A DNA stretch of 62,777 nt, the filler included, from an uncultured bacterium (GTDB lineage Bacteria > CAZSTA01): the NCBI GenBank assembly GCA_964609495.1. It is 15 parts of 15 records of this genome, joined end to end, with 100 filler letters (N's around TTAATTAATTAA, not from the genome) between each part and the next. Parts side by side here need not be neighbours in the genome. Positions count along the whole stretch, not along the records: positions 50,934 to 54,838 come from CAZSTA010000264.1; positions 54,939 to 58,831 come from CAZSTA010000265.1; positions 58,932 to 62,777 come from CAZSTA010000267.1; 12 more parts are not named here. One strand, 5' to 3'. Numbering within the stretch: position 1 is the first letter of the stretch; every line of letters starts with the position of its first letter. Positions 51,211 through 59,328 of the stretch are shown in pieces. The notes beneath the pieces are model-generated. The model did not search any database, had not been told where the DNA came from, and saw only the letters and a list, made by a program, of their open reading frames with translations. The translations under genes and the position numbers were made by a program.

Positions 51211-51309
51211 AAGGAAACTTTTGCTTCCAATAAAACTCAAGTGTTCTGGTAACTTTTGCTTCCAAAAATATATAAGGTTAAAAAGTTACCAGAATTAAAA
51301 AGTTTCCTT
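51211..51309. repeat. Family B repeat, long nested form
   Basis: Outer AAGGAAACTTTT...AAAAGTTTCCTT; inner TTCTGGTAACTTTT (51244-51257)...AAAAGTTACCAGAA (51281-51294). Confidence 0.85.
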
Positions 51310-51326
51310 ATATAGGGGGAATCACA

Positions 51327-54300
51327 GTGAATATAATGAGATATGGAAGAAGAGTTATAGAGATCATATTGATATTGATCCTACTTCTTCTCACCTTCTA
51401 CCCTATCTATAACCCCTCCGTAGTTCTCAAGATGTGGGGAGGGACTGCATTATTAGGGATAGTAGTAACGATATGCTTACTTTGGCACTTGAGTAGGACG
51501 AGTGGGGCCAGGATATCTGAAGTCGATCTCCCCTTTAGCCTTACTACCCCACTCTTCATAGCTATAAGTATCAGCTTAACTATAATAGCCATAGACACCC
51601 TACCCGATTTAGCTGTTCTCTATGTGATTATCCACGGGGCGATGACTCTCTTTATCTTGATCTACTCCTACCTAAGGCGGGGGAGTTCGCTTCATGGAGA
51701 TTCGGAGATGGAGATAGGGATCGTGATGCTACTTGTATATTCTTCTATCATATTTCATGCCCCTCTCTTCTTCTCCAATGGCTTCGCTATCCTGCATATC
51801 CTAAGTGTAATTCTTCTTCTAAAGTGGATAAGCGAGAGGGGATTCTCGTTCGTCAGAACTAAGCTCAACTTTCCCTTACTCCTATTCCTCATCGTAGGAC
51901 TTATATCAACCTTTACCTCCCTATATTTCTATAACAGTTATATCACTTGGCTTAGGCTTTTAAACTACATCTTCATATATTTCCTGATAGTCAATTGGAT
52001 AACTGATAGGCGTCAAATTAACCTCCTGATCTCTACGATGCTCATCTTAGTTGGTATAACTACGCTTCTGGGATTCTACAGAGTTATAATTATATGGCAA
52101 AATCTGGGACCTCAGCCCGCTTTAGGGGTGAGGTTATGGGTCGCTAATATCCATCCCAACGAGATAGCCACCTATCTGCTGTTGATTATGCCAATAGTGA
52201 TAAGCTTGCTTCTTACCCCTATATCGCTTAAGTCGAAGATCCCTCTTGTTATCCTCCTTCTAGCTATGTTTATCTCTCTAGTTCTGACTTATTCTCGAGG
52301 TGGTTGGCTAGCTTTCCTAGTTATGCTGGCGACTCTGTTGATCCTAAAAGGTGAAAGGCTGATAGGCAAAGTCCTAACTGGCAGGAGAATCTTGATATTA
52401 GCTGGAGCGATTCTGATCTTGATACTATTAATTATCTTTATTCCTAATCCCATATCCAGAAGATTAGCCTCTCTGACTAAAGCTGGTAGCTTAGAGGAAG
52501 TGGATATAAGGTTTGTGATATGGAGAAGCGCTTGGAGTATGCTGGCAGACAATCTCTGGACAGGGGTTGGACTCAGCAATTACTACCTTGCCAATCCCAT
52601 CTATTGGAAGGGACCCACTTATGCGGAGATCACCACCAGGGGATTTATGTATACCGCTCATAACTTATTTCTCAATATAGGCGTAGAGATGGGGATCTTC
52701 GCCCTAGCCCTATTCGTTATAATCCTGATCTTGATTATGAGCTACGGACTATCAATCTTTAGAAAAGATAGACTTTCCTCTCCCCCGAGGAGGGAGTTCG
52801 GAAATGAGATCAGCGCTCTATTAGCGGGAATAGTAGCCTTAGTAGTTCAGGGTATCTTTCACTATATGTTCTGGCTTTCCACCCTAGCCTTCAGCTTCTG
52901 GGCTTTCGCGGGAATGATCGCTTCGCTAGGACGAATGATGAATCTTGGTGAGGAGGAGATTATTCGGGAGAGAAGGAGCTTAAATTATCCAGGGCAGATA
53001 TTAGCAATACTTTTAGTCATTATCCTTACTGCGATCTCCCTAATGCCTTTAAGAGCTGCTCAACACAGCGCTTATGGTAGAAGGCGTTTTGCGTATGGAT
53101 TGCAAAATAAGGAGAAGGATAAAGATTTTGTCAGAGAAGCGATGGCCCAACTTAATCTGGCAATGAGGTTAGATCCATTTATAGCTGATTATTATCAGAT
53201 TAGAGGGGATATGTTCATTGCGATAGATATGATTACCGAAGCTAGGGATACCTATGAGAAAGCTGTGAGGTTGAATCCCCGCTTCCCTACCTATACCGCT
53301 AATTTAGGATGGCTATATTGGTATCTGGATAGGCCCGAAGATAGTATTGCTCAATTTAAGGGAGCTATAACCTCAGATCCGCATGGGATATTTGGTCAAC
53401 ATTACTCCGATTTAGGCGTGGTATATCTATCTCAGGGGGATAGGGAGAAGGCACTAGAGCAATTTGCTGAGGCGATCAAGACCGATCCTGCTCTCCTTAA
53501 AAGCGAATTAGGGAAGGCTTTGCTCTCCGTTGAGGAGGAGATTATCGAGCAAGCTCTGGAGAGAGTAGAGAGGGAGGTCGATTCGATCCCAAGTAGTGAT
53601 GAGGGGAGAAAAAAGAGGATATTATTAAATTTAGGGAAGGCTTATTATAATATCGGATATCTGCTGAAGGCTGAGGAGATATTAGCCCGATTGATCGAAA
53701 TAGATGAGCGGGATATTATGGCTCATTATAAGTTGGGTTTAACCTATAAGGAGATGCGAAGATTTCCCAAAGCTGAGAAGGAACTTAAAGAGGCTCTCGC
53801 TTTAGGAGGAGAGGCTAAAGTTAATAACGACTTGGGCGATCTTTACTATGAGATCGGGCTTTTAGATAAAGCGATTGAGCAATATAATATCGCTATATCT
53901 CGCTGGCCCTATATGTATGGCTTGGCGGATATGCATCCTTTCCTGGCAGGAACTAACTTCAACGTGGATGGGTATGAGAGGTTGGGGAAGATTTATATGG
54001 AGAAGAACGACTTAGGGAGAAGTCTCCCTCAATTTGAGAGGGTGCTCTTCATAGATCCCAATAGGGAGGTGGCACATTATAATATAGGAAAGCTATTTCG
54101 CACTTCAGGAAGATTCTCGGAAGCTGTGAAGCCACTTAGAGCGGCTATCGGAATAGTGAACTATAGATTGACTCAGTTATCCGCTACTCAAGAGAATTGG
54201 CCATTTAAGCTCTACGCTCGTAAGAACAATATAGACCTCAATAAATCGCGAAGAGAAGAAGTATCTAAATACTTCAAACGGTTAAGTGCTGTCTATTATG

Positions 54301-54434
54301 AACTGGGATTAGCTTATGAGGGACTAAAGGATATACCACAAGCACGAGCCCAGTTAGAATTGGCTGTTCAGCTAGATCCTGAGAATAGAGAGGCGAAGGA
54401 TGAGCTTCAGGTGCTTCTCTCCCATAATGATTAA
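51327..54434 (+). CDS. O-antigen ligase (Wzy_C) family membrane protein with C-terminal TPR array
   Basis: Many TM helices; HPNEIA, TYSRGGW, RFVIW, GVGLSNY, AHNLFL..VEMG; multiple TPR repeats. Confidence 0.88.
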   Translation: MNIMRYGRRVIEIILILILLLLTFYPIYNPSVVLKMWGGTALLGIVVTICLLWHLSRTSGARISEVDLPFSLTTPLFIAISISLTIIAIDTLPDLAVLYVIIHGAMTLFILIYSYLRRGSSLHGDSEMEIGIVMLLVYSSIIFHAPLFFSNGFAILHILSVILLLKWISERGFSFVRTKLNFPLLLFLIVGLISTFTSLYFYNSYITWLRLLNYIFIYFLIVNWITDRRQINLLISTMLILVGITTLLGFYRVIIIWQNLGPQPALGVRLWVANIHPNEIATYLLLIMPIVISLLLTPISLKSKIPLVILLLAMFISLVLTYSRGGWLAFLVMLATLLILKGERLIGKVLTGRRILILAGAILILILLIIFIPNPISRRLASLTKAGSLEEVDIRFVIWRSAWSMLADNLWTGVGLSNYYLANPIYWKGPTYAEITTRGFMYTAHNLFLNIGVEMGIFALALFVIILILIMSYGLSIFRKDRLSSPPRREFGNEISALLAGIVALVVQGIFHYMFWLSTLAFSFWAFAGMIASLGRMMNLGEEEIIRERRSLNYPGQILAILLVIILTAISLMPLRAAQHSAYGRRRFAYGLQNKEKDKDFVREAMAQLNLAMRLDPFIADYYQIRGDMFIAIDMITEARDTYEKAVRLNPRFPTYTANLGWLYWYLDRPEDSIAQFKGAITSDPHGIFGQHYSDLGVVYLSQGDREKALEQFAEAIKTDPALLKSELGKALLSVEEEIIEQALERVEREVDSIPSSDEGRKKRILLNLGKAYYNIGYLLKAEEILARLIEIDERDIMAHYKLGLTYKEMRRFPKAEKELKEALALGGEAKVNNDLGDLYYEIGLLDKAIEQYNIAISRWPYMYGLADMHPFLAGTNFNVDGYERLGKIYMEKNDLGRSLPQFERVLFIDPNREVAHYNIGKLFRTSGRFSEAVKPLRAAIGIVNYRLTQLSATQENWPFKLYARKNNIDLNKSRREEVSKYFKRLSAVYYELGLAYEGLKDIPQARAQLELAVQLDPENREAKDELQVLLSHND

Positions 54435-54449
54435 ATTTTAGAAGGAAAG

Positions 54450-54838
54450 GTGAGCAAGATGTTAATAGAGATATTATTTACGATCTTCTTATTTATGTTT
54501 GGAACGGTGATCGGAAGCTTTCTTAACGTCTGCATCTATCGTATTCCTCGTGGCGAGTCTTTGATGTGGCCCGGCTCCCATTGCCCTAGGTGCGGAAGAC
54601 CGATCAAAGCCTACGATAACATACCACTGTTGAGCTTTATAATCTTAAAAGGGAGATGTAGATATTGCCAGGAGAAGATATCATTTAGGTATCCCTTAGT
54701 AGAGGGGATGACAGGTTTAGCTTTTGTTATAGTGCTTCTCTCAATCGGTCTCACCTTCTGCTTCATACCCGCTCTGCTCTTGACCGCCATCCTAATAGCG
54801 ATATCCTTTATAGATATAGATCATCAGATAATCCCCAA
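54450..54838 (+). CDS. pilD: Prepilin peptidase (3' truncated)
   Basis: IGSFLNVCIYRIP, SHCPRC, DNIPLLS, GRCRYC, RYPLVE, FIDIDHQIIP. Confidence 0.93.
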
Positions 54839-55113
54839 NNNNNNNNNNNNNNNNNNNNNNNNNNNNNNNNNNNNNNNNNNNNTTAATTAATTAANNNNNN
54901 NNNNNNNNNNNNNNNNNNNNNNNNNNNNNNNNNNNNNNTTCTGGCCCAGTTCTCTAGAGAATTTTATGGCCTCTTTCCTGAGGATTAGAGGATGGAATAA
55001 GTCAGGAGATCCTGAAGAATGGACTAGAGGACAAGGATCATCATCCAGCTAGAAGGCAAATTCCTCTTTGGGTTTGGTCAACCTCTTCGCTCTGGCTATA
55101 CTTTATTCTGCTT

Positions 55114-56028
55114 CTACCCCAGATACTTCTTGCGGCACTTCGCTACCATAGAGTAATAGGTATCAACCATATTCCCTACGCTCATCTCTCCTATTTGGGT
55201 TAATAGTTGATAAGCATCTAAACGATCGAATCCATACTCCTCCTCCAACCATAGAACTAATTCAGTATAAGCGATTCGAGCCGCATCCTCCATCGGTCTA
55301 GCACTGCCAACGGTCATTATCCGTTCAGGAGATACGATGCGCGGCCATTTGATCGCCTTTCCTTTGATCAGACGACAACTGAGAGTCCCGATCGCGGCTA
55401 TCTCAATAGCCGAACCGCATAACTCTCCATCTCCTTGATTAGCATGAACATCTCCGAGGAAGAGCAAAGCACCCTTAACAAAGACCGGGAGATGAACCTC
55501 ATTCCCTACACATATATCCCTAACGTCCATATTGCCTCCATAAGGACCAGGAGCTAGGGAGGAGATCGATTCTAATTCGGGGGCGGTGCTGATTGTTCCG
55601 TAGAAGGGTTCATAGGGGACTGTCAATCTCTCGTTATAGACGAATTTATCTCCCTTATTCTTATATATGTATATTCTCTCCTCCAGAGGTGGATGTAGGA
55701 GTCTCGTATATTCTGTGCTAGTAAGTCCTCCAAAGTAGGGAACTATAGAACTCACTCCATAATCTCTAAGGGGTTTGATCTCCTTGATCTCCACCACTAA
55801 GGTATCACCCTTTTCCGCTCCCTCGATATAGATTGGTCCAGTTTGAGGATTAACATAGGGCAAATTAATCGCCTTAGAGGGAAGATCATCGCTTGTCCTC
55901 ACTTTACCTCCCATTGCATCCTCAGTTTCCACTTGAAATAATTCTCCCGGTTTAACCTCAGCGATCGGTTTATGAATAGGGCCCATGGTATAATGGTACT
56001 GTTTGTTAGGTTGTCTTATGATCTTCAA
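55114..56028 (-). CDS. Acetamidase/formamidase family protein
   Basis: NPQTGPIYIEGAEKGD, GGNMD, GDVHANQGDGE; likely TTG start at 56028 after GAAGGAG. Confidence 0.88.
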   Translation of the reverse strand: MKIIRQPNKQYHYTMGPIHKPIAEVKPGELFQVETEDAMGGKVRTSDDLPSKAINLPYVNPQTGPIYIEGAEKGDTLVVEIKEIKPLRDYGVSSIVPYFGGLTSTEYTRLLHPPLEERIYIYKNKGDKFVYNERLTVPYEPFYGTISTAPELESISSLAPGPYGGNMDVRDICVGNEVHLPVFVKGALLFLGDVHANQGDGELCGSAIEIAAIGTLSCRLIKGKAIKWPRIVSPERIMTVGSARPMEDAARIAYTELVLWLEEEYGFDRLDAYQLLTQIGEMSVGNMVDTYYSMVAKCRKKYLG

Positions 56029-56403
56029 GTTTATCTCTCCTTCCTTTTCTGAACATATACAAAGCGATTGTAACATAAAAGTAATGAATTGTCAAAACCT
56101 TCCTTCAGAAATTCGGAGAAAATATTTTTACAATACACTCGATATCCACCTAGTTGCCTTTCCATTTCGGTTGATAAGAAAAGTGTTTGATTTTCTAAAG
56201 TAGATATGCTATACTTAGACTTAAATATTCACTTTAGGAGGACATAAGATGCCTGGATATAGCATTAAGGTAGCCAGAACTAGCGAAGANNNNNNNNNNN
56301 NNNNNNNNNNNNNNNNNNNNNNNNNNNNNNNNNNNNNNNNNNNNNNNNNNNNNNNNNNNNNNNNNNNNNNNNNNNNNNNNNNNNNNNNNTAGGAGGACAT
56401 AAG

Positions 56404-57624
56404 ATGCCTGGATATAGCATTAAGGTAGCCAGAACTAGCGAAGATATAGCCCGGGTTATGGATCTGAACGAGATCGTTCATTCAGACGGGATAGGTGATA
56501 TAGTGGATATGACCTTGAGAAACCCTCTCTTCAAACCTGAATATACTCGATATATAGAACTGGATGGACAGGTGGTATCGACGGTATCTATATTTCCCAC
56601 GAGGTTAAGACTTGGTGGAGAGGAGATGAAGACTGGCGAGATAGGGATCGTTGGGACTCATCCCGACTATCGCCATCGGGGATTATCTTCTGCTCTAATG
56701 TGGAACGCGATCGAATTTATGGAGAAACAAGGCTATCACGCTTCCTTCTTATACGGCATCCCCAACTTCTATCAGCAGTTTGGCTACGAATATGCTGTCC
56801 CCTGTCATATAGGCTATTCGATATATTACTCCTATCTTCCAGTGAATAATATTAAGGATCTTAAGAGCAGTTACACTCTGCGAAATCTCTGCTCTAAAGA
56901 TATTGAACAAGTCTCCAGAATTTATGATAAGAATAATGTTGATAGGAACTGCTCTCAGATAATATCTTTAGGAGAGTGGGAATATAGAACAAGAGATAGG
57001 GATAATTGGTTCGTAGCCGAGGATAGGGAGAGAGTTATAAGGGGATATTTTAGGGTTCTAAAGGATAACCGTCTGATGAAACTGATAGAGGTGGGAGTTG
57101 CTGATGAGGAAGCCATCAAAGGTATTCTAATACACATATCACCCTGGGCGGAAAAGAAAGATGTATTGAATATCGCGATCTTTGCTCCTCAGGATCATCC
57201 CTTCACCGAATTTTGCTATAGAATTGGAGCCTGGAATAGATGCACCAACGAGATATATAATGGAAGTTGGGGAGGGATGTTCAGAATAATCGATCTCAAA
57301 GAGACCTTAAAGCTACTGGAGGATAAATTTGGGGAGAGACTGACTTATTCTCATTTAAAAGACTACGAAGGGGAGCTAAGAATAGTAACAGAATATGATC
57401 GAGTTAAGCTGTCAATAAAGAGAGGAGTGGCGACTGTCGAGGAATTGAGTAACCTAGAGGAGGAGATAATAAATCTTCCCAATAGTGTGATTACCCAACT
57501 AACCTTTGGTTATAGAGATATCGACTACTTCCGAAATAGTTTAGATATTGAAGCTAGCCATAGGAATTTACTCAAGATCCTATTTCCTAAAGGATACCCC
57601 TATATATGGTTAGCTGCTAGATAA
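56404..57624 (+). CDS. Eis-like GNAT N-acetyltransferase
   Basis: VGTHPDYRHRGLS, LYGIPNFYQQFGY; second GNAT-like region; C-terminal LTFGYR...LFP. Confidence 0.8.
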   Translation: MPGYSIKVARTSEDIARVMDLNEIVHSDGIGDIVDMTLRNPLFKPEYTRYIELDGQVVSTVSIFPTRLRLGGEEMKTGEIGIVGTHPDYRHRGLSSALMWNAIEFMEKQGYHASFLYGIPNFYQQFGYEYAVPCHIGYSIYYSYLPVNNIKDLKSSYTLRNLCSKDIEQVSRIYDKNNVDRNCSQIISLGEWEYRTRDRDNWFVAEDRERVIRGYFRVLKDNRLMKLIEVGVADEEAIKGILIHISPWAEKKDVLNIAIFAPQDHPFTEFCYRIGAWNRCTNEIYNGSWGGMFRIIDLKETLKLLEDKFGERLTYSHLKDYEGELRIVTEYDRVKLSIKRGVATVEELSNLEEEIINLPNSVITQLTFGYRDIDYFRNSLDIEASHRNLLKILFPKGYPYIWLAAR

Positions 57625-57643
57625 AAGAAGGGAGGAAGATAGA

Positions 57644-58684
57644 TTGTCTTCTACGGAAGATGAGATTCAGAGCAGATTATTGAGTTTTTATGAAAGAGAG
57701 TTTCCCTCAAGAGAGAATATCCAGATCTCCGATCTCACAACAATTACCGATGGTTGGGAGAATGAGGTCTATTCGTTTACAATAGAATATGAAGAAGCCG
57801 CGGAGAGTGAGGATTTGATCCTAAGAATTTATCCGGGGAATGATGCGCCTCAAAAGTCCGCCAGAGAATTTAACGCGATGAAACAACTCTATGAAATCGG
57901 CTTCCCGCTACCTAAAGTCTTGCTATTGGAATTGGACGACTCTCCTTTCGGCAAGCCATTCGTCGTTATGGAGAAGATCAAGGGGCGATCGATGTTGTCA
58001 GTCCTTCGTGAATCTCCCGATGAAAAGAAAGAGGAATTGATAACGTTATTTTGCAAGATATTCGTCGATCTTCACAATCTCGATTGGAGACCATTTGTTC
58101 CTGATCCATCAATTTATGAGACAGGGGATCCTTATGCATTCATTAACCGTGAACTTTCAAAGATGCAAAGATATGGTGATTATTTTCAGAAAAGTGAGGA
58201 ATATGGCCCTGTCTTGGATTGGCTGAAGGCACGAAGTTCGGATGTTCCGTGTGAGCGCCTCTCCGTGATCCATGGGGATTATCATCCAAATAATATATTA
58301 CTAAGAGATGATGGCACACCATTCGTTATTGACTGGACAAACGTTGATATTGCTGACTTTCGATACGACTTGGCATGGACACTTTTGCTGATGAGCACAT
58401 ACGGAAATCCAGAAGCGCGTGAGATCATTCTTGGTGAGTATGAGCGAATTGCAGGTTGCAGGATCGAGCGTATGGAGTACTTTGATGTGATAGCAGCTGG
58501 TAGGAGGTTATTTAGCATCTTAATATCTCTCAGCCACGGAGCCAGCGAATTGGGCATGCGACCGGGGGCAGAAACAATGATGAAGCAGAATGCCAGCCAT
58601 ATAAAAAGCGTATATGCACTTCTACAAGATAGAACAGATATAACCATCCCAGAGATAGAGACACTGCTCTCGACTCTACCTTAG
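57644..58684 (+). CDS. APH/choline-kinase family phosphotransferase
   Basis: GWENEVY, ILRIYP, FVVMEKI, IHGDYHPNNIL, IDWT, YDLAW. Confidence 0.85.
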   Translation: MSSTEDEIQSRLLSFYEREFPSRENIQISDLTTITDGWENEVYSFTIEYEEAAESEDLILRIYPGNDAPQKSAREFNAMKQLYEIGFPLPKVLLLELDDSPFGKPFVVMEKIKGRSMLSVLRESPDEKKEELITLFCKIFVDLHNLDWRPFVPDPSIYETGDPYAFINRELSKMQRYGDYFQKSEEYGPVLDWLKARSSDVPCERLSVIHGDYHPNNILLRDDGTPFVIDWTNVDIADFRYDLAWTLLLMSTYGNPEAREIILGEYERIAGCRIERMEYFDVIAAGRRLFSILISLSHGASELGMRPGAETMMKQNASHIKSVYALLQDRTDITIPEIETLLSTLP

Positions 58685-58831
58685 GCAACTTTACCTATAC
58701 TCCCCTTTAGTAGTTAGTAAGCATGTAAAACTCCGTGCTGGGAAATTGAACTTCCCTTAAATCACCCTCCCCCTATCCCCCTCCCATCGAGGGAGGGGGA
58801 ACTAAAGAGATCAGCTCTATCTCGATGTCCC
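58681..58831. repeat. Family A composite repeat at contig end
   Basis: AAGCA..AAACT..GTGCTGGG module (cf. 6105-6130 reversed), then TCACCCTCCCCCTATCCCCCTCCCATCGAGGGAGGGGGAACTAAAG. Confidence 0.75.
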
Positions 58832-58931
58832 NNNNNNNNNNNNNNNNNNNNNNNNNNNNNNNNNNNNNNNNNNNNTTAATTAATTAANNNNNNNNNNNNN
58901 NNNNNNNNNNNNNNNNNNNNNNNNNNNNNNN

Positions 58932-59306
58932 CTCTATGACGGATGGCTCTTTTTCTATCCTCTCACCCCCAAGCTTGGTTCTTATTGTAAAATCAGCGCC
59001 GGTGAAAAAAGGCGGGTCGATATAAATAAGATCTATCTTTCCTGCCCAGCCCTGCTTGGAAAGGGAGGACATCACAAGTTTGTTATCGCCCCAGATTAAG
59101 AGATTATTCCAGTTCTTGGGATAATTTTCGGGCCAATCGGATTCTGGGAAAAGCGGAATCCGTTCATCCTTAATTCTAGGCTTGTTGATCGTCTCTACAA
59201 CTTGAAACGGGAGATTAGGTTTTTCAATAGGTATCTTCTCCCCCTTCTCATATTCATCATATTTTCCTGCCCAGAGCAGTTCTACATACTTTTTATTCTC
59301 AGCCAT
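58932..59306 (-). CDS. Site-specific DNA methyltransferase, type III Mod-like, N-terminus (truncated)
   Basis: VELLWAGKY, NLLIWGDN, KIDLIYIDPPF. Confidence 0.85.
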
Positions 59307-59328
59307 ATTTATCAATCTCCTCTCTATT

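Noticed and set aside
56235..56444. 55-bp direct repeat duplicating the GNAT start around a 100-N gap
   Set aside because: Scaffolding overlap artefact: the same sequence sits on both sides of the gap.
4421..58931. Regularly spaced TTAATTAATTAA motifs and apparent gene clusters across them
   Set aside because: Artificial linkers between length-sorted contigs; cross-linker adjacency has no biological meaning.
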